DNA from: Candidatus Electrothrix sp. GW3-4
GTDB taxonomy: Bacteria; Desulfobacterota; Desulfobulbia; Desulfobulbales; Desulfobulbaceae
Reading direction: 5' to 3'
Length of the DNA: 32,000 bases
Assembly: GCF_037902255.1 (NCBI RefSeq)
Contig: NZ_CP147990.1
Span: forward strand, 4,170,001 to 4,202,000
Below are positions 24,967 through 32,000 of this stretch, piece by piece. How positions within the stretch are numbered: the stretch's first letter is position 1; every line of letters begins with the position of its first letter. The notes below the pieces were generated by a model. The model made no database searches. It was not told where the DNA came from and worked only from the letters and a program-made list of their open reading frames with translations. The position numbers and the translations under genes are program-made.

Positions 24967-26118
24967 TCTTTTTTCTTAGACGCCGCTTGAGAAGCAGCCG
25001 ATTGAGATAGGTACGCGGGGCACGAGCAATCTTTACTCTTCCTTCAAGCGTAGCTTCTGGGGCAAAGAGCAGGTCGAGCAGATGCACGATCTGCATCCGG
25101 GTCTTGAGGAAATCCACACAGCCTGCACAATAGGTGACCGTAAGAGGCACAGCGACCTGTTCTTCCACCTCCTTTCTACGCAGATCACCCCAGTGTTGGG
25201 CAAGGTCCTTACGGACAAAGGGCACTGCCCCGCCCTCCCCACAGCACAACGTCTTCCCCCATGATGGGGCATGTCCTCCATCTTTAAGCCCGCCGCCTTG
25301 AGGAGTTTCCGCACAGCAAGATGTACCTGTGGATCCTGCCGTGTTGTGCAGGGATCCTGCACCGTGATGTTCTCGAGCCCGGCCTTCCCTATACGGTGGT
25401 GCGTATCCTGCTCCGGTAAGGGCTGTTCAGCAAGAACACTGTACACATACTCTGTGTGCAACGGGGAGCCGTATTGTTTAAAAACCGCATGGCAGCTGGG
25501 GCAGAGCACCAGGACCCGACGTACTCCCTGGGCCATGAGAGCCTGCCGCAGTTCTCCGAATCTGCTATGAAAAAAATCACTTCGCCCAAGGTCATGGGAG
25601 GGCTTGGTGCAACAGCCTAAGACCATACCCAGGGTAGGAATGTCTTGGCGAAGGTGTTCGAAGAGCTCCAGGAGACGGGCAGGGCGGGTGCCAGCAAAGG
25701 CACAGCCGGGAAAGAGGACGGTGTCGCAACGTTCGGGCAGGGCAAAGCAGGAAAAAAGGGACGAGGTACCACGCTTTTCGTAAGCAATGAGCCGTTTATG
25801 TTCCGGGAAGGGAGCCACCCCGTTGGCCACCACCTGTTGGCGCATTGCCAGAAACATAGCTCTCGGGTCAAGCCCGACCTTGGGCGGACAGACCGCTGTG
25901 CAGAGGCCGCAGAGATTACAGGCAAAGGGGAGCTGCTGGCCGGCTTTGCTGTCTGGTCGCCAGGAAGAAGCTATGGCCCTGGGTGAGCCATACTCCTGCA
26001 AAAAACTGCATTCCCGAACACAGAGACCGCATTCAATGCAGTTTGCTACATGGCGCTCGGGAAAGGGGACGGATTTGTTTTTCATCAAACTGTAAGCTGA
26101 TCTGGGCTTCTGTATCAA
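24941..26118 (-). pseudogene. CCG-domain (Fe-S)-binding oxidoreductase subunit (HdrD/GlcF/LutA-like), interrupted by a 1-nt frameshift (or assembly indel)
   Basis: Two ferredoxin-type motifs, CIECGLCVRECS and CNLCGLCTAVCP, and the CCG motifs GCCTKPSHDLG and (second frame) LCCGEGGAV. ORF 25033..26118 turns into non-protein-like sequence after ..MEDMPHHG. The plausible C-terminus continues in ORF 24941..25249. The junction is the C5 run at 25256-25260 (G5 on the coding strand). The start is uncertain: TTG 26118 or ATG 26085, both inside repeat copy 2. Confidence 0.7.
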
Positions 26119-26141
26119 AAATAAATCCGTCTCCTTTCCCC
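26059..26141. repeat. 83-nt inverted-repeat (MITE/REP-like) element, copy 2
   Basis: GGGAAAGGGGACGGATTTGTTTTT (26059-26082) pairs with AAAAATAAATCCGTCTCCTTTCCC(C) (26117-26141): 24-nt arms with 2 mismatches. It has the same length, orientation and core (..AAA.T.TA..CTGATCTG.G..) as copy 1. Confidence 0.7.
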
Positions 26142-26154
26142 TGGCAGGTCTTTT

Positions 26155-26550
26155 TCAGGAAGGGATATTCTTGATGTCAACGATAGGCGTACCGTGGAGA
26201 ATATCCAGGCCGGAAACCTCGATTCGGCAGCCGTCTACGGCCAGGACTTTGAGCTCGGAAATGGCAATGGGATTAGGCCGCATGGGGCTACGGGTGGCGA
26301 ACACACCGCGCAGTCCTTTGGATTTATCTCCCCGTGGATAGACCTGGAGGGCATTGCGGTCCGCCTGATGGAACCAGCAGAGGACAACGATGGTCTGGCC
26401 TACGGCGATGCCCTTCAGGCCGTCCTGGTACTGGGGATAGATCTCCAGGGTCCCGGTGCGGTCTGATTCGGCATGGAATTTCGGCGCATCCTTGGTGTTG
26501 TGGATATCGCTGTGGACCTTGCCGATGAAATGGAGTTCTGGGAGGTGCAT
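26155..26550 (-). CDS. trmO: tRNA (t6A37-N6)-methyltransferase TrmO / TsaA-family protein
   Basis: IGKVHS...DAPKF, LEIYPQYQDGLKGI, VLCWFHQA, GVFATRSPMRPNPIAIS and LDILHGTPIVDIK match the TsaA/YaeB (UPF0066) N-terminal domain signature. Confidence 0.85.
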   Translation of the reverse strand: MHLPELHFIGKVHSDIHNTKDAPKFHAESDRTGTLEIYPQYQDGLKGIAVGQTIVVLCWFHQADRNALQVYPRGDKSKGLRGVFATRSPMRPNPIAISELKVLAVDGCRIEVSGLDILHGTPIVDIKNIPS

Positions 26551-26577
26551 AGAGGAGTTCGTCGTTAACGAGCCGAA

Positions 26578-27006
26578 TCATCTACCTTTTGCAATCACTT
26601 GGTCGAAATTGACAAGGCCTCTATCGTTTATCTTGCCAATAATGATCTCCCAGGCATTAGAAGGCAGATGGGCAACGTTTTTCATTGCCGTGCTAAAGAA
26701 GGGAGCAGATTTAGGAAGATCCATATATCTAGCCGGATCTGTATTTACCAGCTTTACTAATTCTGGCATATAGCATTGCAAGTCACTTTGATCGTTGTTT
26801 GTTAGCCCGTCCCAGTCATCTCTACTTATGTAGAGAATCACTGACGGAGTTTTGGTTCCATATCCTGTGATGATTGGCCCGATATCTCGAAGAGAAGAAA
26901 GCTGCATATACACCATCTTTCCACTCACGGAACAATCAGCTGCAAACAGGTTCTCACAGTTCAAGCTGAGTATCACCAACAGCAGGACAACAAAACGCTT
27001 AAGCAT
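26578..27006 (-). CDS. Small secreted hypothetical protein (lower-GC ORFan)
   Basis: The ATG at 27006 is preceded by GAGGAGAG. Signal peptide MLKRFVVLLLVILSLNCENLFAA. I recognised no motifs. The gene is visibly more AT-rich than its neighbours. Confidence 0.65.
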   Translation of the reverse strand: MLKRFVVLLLVILSLNCENLFAADCSVSGKMVYMQLSSLRDIGPIITGYGTKTPSVILYISRDDWDGLTNNDQSDLQCYMPELVKLVNTDPARYMDLPKSAPFFSTAMKNVAHLPSNAWEIIIGKINDRGLVNFDQVIAKGR

Positions 27007-27083
27007 TTACGTCTCTCCTCGGAATCATTTGGATGCCGCCGTATTTTACGGCAGCATCCTGAAAAACAACTACAAGTTAGGAC

Positions 27084-28082
27084 TTAACTACAAGCCTGCT
27101 CCATCGCAACGGCCACCGCAACAGAGGCCCCAACCATCGGGTTATTCCCCATGCCGATGAAACCCATCATTTCCACATGGGCCGGAACCGAGGAAGACCC
27201 GGCAAACTGGGCATCGCAATGCATTCTACCCATCGTGTCGGTCATACCATAGGAAGCCGGTCCTGCTGCCATGTTATCCGGGTGCAGAGTACGACCGGTA
27301 CCACCGCCAGAGGCAACAGAGAAATACTTTCTGCCCTGCTCCAGGCATTCCTTTTTATAGGTACCAGCGACCGGATGCTGGAAGCGGGTCGGGTTGGTGG
27401 AGTTACCCGTGATGGAGACATCAACCCCCTCATGGTGGTTAATCGCCACACCTTCACGCACATCATCTGCACCAAAGCAGCGGACCTTGGCCCGTTCGCC
27501 GTCGGAGAAGGGCTTTTCTGAAACAATATTCAGGGTACCGCCAGCATAATCAAACTGGGTCCGTACATAGGTGAAGCCGTTGATTCGGGAAATGATATAG
27601 GCTGCATCCTTGCCCAAACCGTTGAGGATAACCCGCAGGGGTTCAGTGCGAACCCGGTTGGCAGATTTTGCAAGACCGATGGCACCTTCTGCGGCAGCAA
27701 AGGACTCATGCCCGGCCAGAAAGGCAAAGCAGCGGGTGTTTTCGTTGAGCAACATGGCGGCCAGGTTCCCGTGCCCGATACCTACCTTGCGGTTTTCCGC
27801 CACCGAGCCGGGGATGCAAAAGGCCTGGAGACCGATGCCCAGGGTTGCTGCGATATCCACCGCCTTGGTCTGGCCTTTTTTCAAGGCCACAGCCGCGCCA
27901 GCAATATAGGCCCAGCAGGCATTTTCAAAACAGATTGGCTGGACCTCTTTGACGATGGAGTATATATCCAGGCCAGCATCTTTGCTCATCTGTTGGGCTT
28001 CTTCAAGATCCGTAATACCGTGCTCGGCCAGAGCCGCATTGATCTTGTCAATTCTTCGTTCGTATCCTTCAAATAAGGCCAT
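27084..28082 (-). CDS. GGGtGRT-family protein (uncharacterised)
   Basis: It contains the eponymous motif SVASGGGTGRTLHPDNM. It is 332 aa and lies immediately downstream (5-nt gap) of a NifU-like gene. Confidence 0.8.
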   Translation of the reverse strand: MALFEGYERRIDKINAALAEHGITDLEEAQQMSKDAGLDIYSIVKEVQPICFENACWAYIAGAAVALKKGQTKAVDIAATLGIGLQAFCIPGSVAENRKVGIGHGNLAAMLLNENTRCFAFLAGHESFAAAEGAIGLAKSANRVRTEPLRVILNGLGKDAAYIISRINGFTYVRTQFDYAGGTLNIVSEKPFSDGERAKVRCFGADDVREGVAINHHEGVDVSITGNSTNPTRFQHPVAGTYKKECLEQGRKYFSVASGGGTGRTLHPDNMAAGPASYGMTDTMGRMHCDAQFAGSSSVPAHVEMMGFIGMGNNPMVGASVAVAVAMEQACS

Positions 28083-28087
28083 GATCT

Positions 28088-28780
28088 CTACTCCTGCCGA
28101 GGGTCAATAGTTTTCACGGCATCGGCAAACCTGCCGTAGGTGCCGGTTGCCTCTTCCATCGCCTGTGCCGGATCAACCCCTTTCTTGATGGCGTCCAGCA
28201 TCGGTCCCATCTTGACGAACTTATAGCCGATGATCTCGTCATCCTTGTCCAGGCCCAGCTCCACCACGTAGCCTTCAGCCACTTCCAGGTAACGGGGGCC
28301 CTTGAGCTTGGTGCCGTAGGTGGTGCCGGTGACGGAACGCAGACCCTTGCCCAGATCCTCCAGGCCAGCGCCGATGGGCAGGCCGCCTTCAGAGAATGCT
28401 GACTGACTGCGACCGTAGCTGATCTGCTTGAACAGCTCGCGCATGGCCACGTTGATCGCATCACAGACCAGATCGGTGTTCAGGGCCTCCAGGATGGTCT
28501 TGCCGGGCAGAATCTCTGAGGCCATAGCCGCAGAATGGGTCATGCCGGTGCAACCGATGGTCTCAATCAGGGCCTCTTCGATGATTCCTTCTTTGATGTT
28601 GAGGGTCAGCTTGCAGGCTCCCTGATGGGGGGCACACCAGCCCACGCCATGGGTGAGTCCGCTAATATCTCCAATCTGACGCACTTGATTCCACTGTCCC
28701 TCCTGGGGGATGGGCGCAGGCCCGTGGTTTGTCCCCTGGACAACGCAGTGCATCTCCTTTACTTCAGAAGAGTAGTTCAT
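28088..28780 (-). CDS. NifU/IscU-N-terminal-like Fe-S scaffold-domain protein
   Basis: GVGWCAPHQGACKLTLNIKEGIIEEALIETIGCTGMTHSAAMASEIL resembles the IscU/NifU N-domain arrangement (Cys..Cys, then GC....A). The C-terminal extension is of unknown function. Confidence 0.6.
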   Translation of the reverse strand: MNYSSEVKEMHCVVQGTNHGPAPIPQEGQWNQVRQIGDISGLTHGVGWCAPHQGACKLTLNIKEGIIEEALIETIGCTGMTHSAAMASEILPGKTILEALNTDLVCDAINVAMRELFKQISYGRSQSAFSEGGLPIGAGLEDLGKGLRSVTGTTYGTKLKGPRYLEVAEGYVVELGLDKDDEIIGYKFVKMGPMLDAIKKGVDPAQAMEEATGTYGRFADAVKTIDPRQE

Positions 28781-29027
28781 AATGGGTCTCCACTGTGAAT
28801 GAATAATAATCGGGAGTGAATGATACTATAACCGGGCAAAAATACCATGGCAAAAATGCTGGCCGTGATTCGGAAGGGGATTGGAAGGTCCGTCGCCTCC
28901 TTCCTTTTGAGAACGAGAAGAAAGAGCTCTTGCATTTCTTGGCCCCTATGGTTACTTGTTGTTCCGATCCTTTTCCAAATAATGTATTTGAACCGAAGAC
29001 GAGGCACTTCCCTAAGAGGAAAGAGTT

Positions 29028-29738
29028 ATGCACCTCCCTCCCATTCGCCAGCAGGGCATCCTGATCCGGCGCTATAAACGCTTTCTTGCGGATATTTCTC
29101 TTGCCGATGGCACAGAGCTGACCGTGCATTGTCCCAATTCCGGCGCCATGCGCGGCTGCTCTGCCCCTGGCAGTCCGGTAGTGATCTCTAAGTCAAATAA
29201 TGCCAAACGGAGATACGCCTGGACTCTGGAGATGGTGCAGGAGAACGGGGTCTGGATCGGGGTAAATACCGGTCTGACCAATAAGTTGGTCCATGAGGCC
29301 CTGCGCAACGGGGTGATTGCTGCCTTTGGTCCCATCCAATCGATACAGCCCGAGGTCAAGGTTTCGGACCAGAGCCGCCTGGATTTTCTCCTCCAAACAG
29401 AGGGCGGTCCGGTGTATGTTGAGGCGAAGAACTGTTCCTTGGTGGAAGGGGGCAGGGTCCTCTTCCCGGATGCGGTGACTACCAGAGGCACCAGGCATCT
29501 CCATGAGCTTGCCCGGTTGATCGATCAGGAGACACGGGCTGCGGTCCTGTTTTGTGTCCAGCGGGCAGATGGCCGCTGCTTTGCCCCGGCCCGCCGTATT
29601 GATCCCTTATACGCAGCAACCTTGGCCGAGGTGCGAAGGCAGGGCGTGCAGGTCCTGGCCTACCGGGCAGTCGTCAACCCGGATGAAATCCGCATCGTTT
29701 CGTCTGTGAGGATCTGTCCCAGCCGCCCGGAAGCATAA
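29028..29738 (+). CDS. sfsA: Sugar fermentation stimulation protein A (SfsA, nuclease-fold DNA-binding protein)
   Basis: GILIRRYKRFLADISLADGTELTVHCPNSGAM, VEAKNCSL and AVTTRGTRHLHEL match the conserved SfsA blocks (RYKRF.AD, H..N.G.M, VEVK, RG.KHL.EL). Confidence 0.9.
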   Translation: MHLPPIRQQGILIRRYKRFLADISLADGTELTVHCPNSGAMRGCSAPGSPVVISKSNNAKRRYAWTLEMVQENGVWIGVNTGLTNKLVHEALRNGVIAAFGPIQSIQPEVKVSDQSRLDFLLQTEGGPVYVEAKNCSLVEGGRVLFPDAVTTRGTRHLHELARLIDQETRAAVLFCVQRADGRCFAPARRIDPLYAATLAEVRRQGVQVLAYRAVVNPDEIRIVSSVRICPSRPEA

Positions 29739-29880
29739 TACGGAGAGAAACGAGGAACAGGAAGAACTCTTCCCCGCTCCTTAGGACGGGGAGAGTGATA
29801 ATGAATGATGGATAATGAAGGAATAAGAAAAGGGTTACTGTTACACCGCAAGCAGCGGGGAGCAGGCCCGGAGCTTCACA

Positions 29881-30576
29881 ATGAACAGACAACGAAAGAA
29901 AGCAGTTATTCTCCTCAGTGGCGGCCTGGACTCCACAACCGTCTTGGCCATTGCTCGCTCCAGGGGCTTTCAATGCCATTGCCTCAGCTTTCGCTACGGG
30001 CAAAAGCAGGATATAGAACTCCAGCGGGCAGCAGCCATTGCCCAGCAAATGGAGGCGGCAGAGCATCTGGTCCTGCGCCTGGACTTAGGAATGATCGGTG
30101 GTTCTGCCCTGACCTCGGACATTGCCGTGCCCAAGGACCGGGAGGTGGAGGAGATGGAGCAGGATATCCCGGTGACCTATGTCCCGGCCCGCAATATCAT
30201 CTTTCTCTCCCATGCCCTGGCCTGGGCTGAGGTCATCGGGGCCACTGATATCTTTCTTGGTATCAATGCGGTGGACTATAGCGGCTATCCCGATTGCCGG
30301 CCTGAGTTCCTCAAGTCCTTTGAGCAGACCGCCAACCTAGGGACCAAGGAAGGCAGTACCGGCCACCCCTTCAAGCTCCATGCACCGTTGATTGAGCTGA
30401 GTAAAAAGGAGATCATCGAGGTGGGCAACCAGCTGGGGTGGATTACTCCGGGACCCACAGCTGCTACGACCCGGTGGATGGCCTTGCCTGCGGTCATTGC
30501 GATGCCTGCATCCTGCGGCTGCGCGGCTTTGCTGAGGCCGGGTTGGAAGATCCTGCGCCTTATGTTGGGTAAGTAG
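29881..30576 (+). CDS. queC: 7-cyano-7-deazaguanine synthase QueC, C-terminal Zn-Cys region out of frame (1-nt indel at a G-run)
   Basis: [13 protein letters not shown] (PP-loop), YVPARN and [12 protein letters not shown] are present. After ..EVGNQLG the listed frame gives [11 protein letters not shown].., but the adjacent frame reads [45 protein letters not shown] (stop 30570-30572), the canonical QueC Cys cluster. The junction is the G4 run at 30435-30438; G5 would restore the frame. Confidence 0.9.
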   Translation: MNRQRKKAVILLSGGLDSTTVLAIARSRGFQCHCLSFRYGQKQDIELQRAAAIAQQMEAAEHLVLRLDLGMIGGSALTSDIAVPKDREVEEMEQDIPVTYVPARNIIFLSHALAWAEVIGATDIFLGINAVDYSGYPDCRPEFLKSFEQTANLGTKEGSTGHPFKLHAPLIELSKKEIIEVGNQLGWITPGPTAATTRWMALPAVIAMPASCGCAALLRPGWKILRLMLGK

Positions 30577-30598
30577 GACTGCAAGCGCAGCCCTGAAG

Positions 30599-30620
30599 GC
30601 CCAGGATTAAAATCCTGGGC
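30599..30620 (+). other. Palindromic hairpin downstream of queC (weak terminator candidate)
   Basis: GCCCAGGATT (30599-30608) and AATCCTGGGC (30611-30620) form a perfect palindrome. No U-run follows it. Confidence 0.3.
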
Positions 30621-30658
30621 TATGTCGAATGTCCCTCCGAGACGGCCTTTCCCTCCCT

Positions 30659-30704
30659 GTCCTGGAGGGACAACCGATAATAGCCCCGTGATTTATCGCG
30701 GGGT
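30659..30704 (+). repeat. 46-nt hairpin-containing intergenic repeat, copy 2
   Basis: GTCCTGGAGGGACAACCGATAATAGCCCCGTGATTTATCGCGGGGT is about 40/46 identical to 19555-19600. It is preceded by GTCCCTCC (30631-30638), which pairs with GGAGGGAC (30664-30671). Confidence 0.6.
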
Positions 30705-30719
30705 GTGCTTTACACCCTT

Positions 30720-30818
30720 TTACGTGGCCTTCACCTCCAACACATCCACCAGCCTGCCCGAGTAATGGTTTCGGATCATCTTGACCAAATCGGAATTCCT
30801 TTTTGAACGGGCTAGATC
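30720..30818 (-). pseudogene. Remnant of a gene 3' end paralogous to the C-terminus of CDS 31569..32000
   Basis: A 32-codon open stretch between stops reads DLARSKRNSDLVKMIRNHYSGRLVDVLEVKAT*, versus ..NDYAALKELIRNSYGGRLVDVLEVKQA* for the gene at 31569. An identical 18-nt core, CACATCCACCAGCCTGCC, sits at the same offset (+21) from each stop (30741-30758 and 31590-31607). Confidence 0.5.
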
Positions 30819-31545
30819 TCAACCATAGCCTTTTCATCCCAGTCTGGATTTAACCTATCGGCATCAAGGTACCCGTAGGGGTTACTGAGCACCCTGGTTT
30901 TTCCCAGCAGATAGTCGTTGGAAGGCTGGTGGATATGACCGTGGACCCAGACTGTGGGCTGATACTCCATGATAATATCAGCCCAATGGTTGGCGTAACA
31001 GTCGTTCTTCAACCGCCATGCTTCGGAAGGGAAAAACTTTTCCAGCTGGGCGCATGATGGCTGATACAGACGACCCGATCCTCGGTGGCCCGGAGCAGGG
31101 TATCCACAAAAAACTGTCCGTCCTTTCTTCCCCATTCACTCCCGTAATCGGCCTGATAGATATCGTGGATCTGATCAAAATCATTTATAAGCAATCGCGC
31201 CATAGTAGAAGCCTGTTCCCACCAGCCCGTGGCACCGATAAAGAGGACATCGCAGATGCGGGTCGTTGACCGGTTCAGGACACGCACATTGGAGTATCGC
31301 TGCTCTGCCAGCTCCTTGTCCAGTGTTTCTTTGCGGGTTCCATAATACTCGTGATTGCCGGGAACAAAGAGGAACGGGCAATGGGTCAGGTCGTCCAGCA
31401 GGTGCAGATAGCGGACCACCTTACCCGAGGGCTTCAAGTCCCCAGCGCAGATAATCACGTCCGCATCCCTGTTGCCCGCCAGTTGCTTGGCGAGTTCTCC
31501 GCTGCCGAACTCGACATGGAGATCTGAAAAATAGTGGATCAACAT
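30812..31545 (-). pseudogene. Calcineurin-like metallophosphoesterase, split by a 1-nt frameshift (or assembly indel)
   Basis: ORF 31009..31545 carries the motifs FSDLHVEF (DxH), CAGDL (GD), VPGNHEYYG (GNHE) and ISHHAP. ORF 30812..31135, in the -1 frame, carries the distal VWVHGHIHQP (GHxH). The frames switch between ISHHAPS and FFPSEAW, a stretch made of G3/A5/T4/G3 runs (31029-31050). Confidence 0.8.
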
Positions 31546-31568
31546 ACAGAGCGTATAGTATCCATCTC

Positions 31569-32000
31569 TTATGCTTGCTTTACTTCCAGCACATCCACCA
31601 GCCTGCCACCGTAGCTGTTGCGGATAAGCTCCTTGAGCGCGGCATAGTCATTAACCCGGACCGTCAGGCTGCTGACTGCCGAGCCGCTGAAGCCCTGCAA
31701 GGTCTGGTCCCCGTCTGCACTGACGGTCACTGCCGCGCCTGTTTGTCCGTCCTTGTGCATATTCAGGAGGTTAAAGAGGAGCAGGTCCTGCCGTACGTCC
31801 AGCACAGCTTGGATACGCAGGGTCTCATCAGCCGTGACACTGCCCCCGGTGACCGAGACATAGGGGGCAGCCGCATTGCCAGTGAGAATGCCGATATTGA
31901 TTGGCGGGCCGCCACCGCCTGTAAGCGAAACAGTCAGGGGCGTGCGCAGTAGCCGTTTGTAGATGCCGGTACGCGGGGTGCCGTGCTCAGTGTAGTGGGT
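31569..32000 (-). CDS. Hypothetical protein, 5' end outside window
   Basis: The minus-strand frame is open from the window edge (THYTEHGTPRTGIYKRLLRTPLTVSLTGGGGPPINIGILTGN...) to TAA at 31569-31571. The listed ORF 31569..31805 is only its GTG-initiated tail. I recognised no motif. Confidence 0.6.
   Translation of the reverse strand, partial: THYTEHGTPRTGIYKRLLRTPLTVSLTGGGGPPINIGILTGNAAAPYVSVTGGSVTADETLRIQAVLDVRQDLLLFNLLNMHKDGQTGAAVTVSADGDQTLQGFSGSAVSSLTVRVNDYAALKELIRNSYGGRLVDVLEVKQA

Noticed and set aside
25787-26095. 102-aa plus-strand ORF ending GKGTDLFFIKL, and other plus-strand ORFs antisense to the Fe-S gene
   Set aside because: It is antisense to a gene with clear ferredoxin and CCG motifs, and its C-terminus is simply the left arm of repeat copy 2.
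29800-29880. Possible preQ1 riboswitch upstream of queC
   Set aside because: I looked for the small hairpin followed by an A-rich tail (ACAAAAAACUA-like) and found nothing resembling it. An Infernal scan would be needed to be certain.
30607-30837. 76-aa minus-strand ORF, together with ORFs 19374..19703 and 19473..19760
   Set aside because: They are built largely from the 46-nt hairpin repeat and the gene-remnant region. They have no RBS and their composition is not protein-like.

Overview
This is a 32-kb GC-rich bacterial chromosomal segment. The gene content (several radical-SAM enzymes, a methyl-THF:corrinoid-type methyltransferase, a NifU-like/GGGtGRT pair) suggests an anaerobe, possibly Desulfobacterota; that is inference only. 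(1) nt 1-8605, + strand: a translationally coupled operon of at least 10 genes. It combines four radical-SAM enzymes with a dedicated ACP, a FabZ-like dehydratase, two complete ketosynthases, a hotdog thioesterase and a stand-alone PKS-type dehydratase. I read it as an uncharacterised lipid or polyketide modification pathway. (2) nt ~8.6-11.4 kb: an abruptly AT-rich insert with a three-gene overlapping operon on the minus strand (TIGR04255-like protein, acidic unknown protein, split PIN-like nuclease with Cys pairs). This is the best candidate for an undescribed defence or toxin-type system. A 28-nt direct repeat (26/28 identical) brackets nt 8705-13480, which also holds a secreted beta-helix protein and a small Met-rich secreted protein. 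(3) Housekeeping genes: class II DAHP synthase, pterin-binding methyltransferase, dnaN (next to an AT-rich region with phased DnaA-box-like repeats but no dnaA), cobO, PilZ protein, membrane TPR protein, recB, CCG-type Fe-S protein, trmO, NifU-like + GGGtGRT pair, sfsA, queC, a metallophosphoesterase and a truncated unknown gene. (4) Several small repeat families are present. REP-like hairpins are inserted in-frame in recB. Two 83-nt inverted-repeat elements flank the Fe-S gene and supply coding termini. A 46-nt hairpin element occurs twice. Three 18-bp palindromes spaced 46 bp apart, with a GATC cluster, lie upstream of recB. A duplicated gene 3' end flanks the phosphoesterase. (5) Three genes (queC, the Fe-S protein, the phosphoesterase) carry single-base frameshifts at or near homopolymer runs. 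This points to assembly indels or gene decay, so reading frames elsewhere in the window should be treated with caution. I found no rRNA, tRNA, CRISPR array, transposase or integrase.
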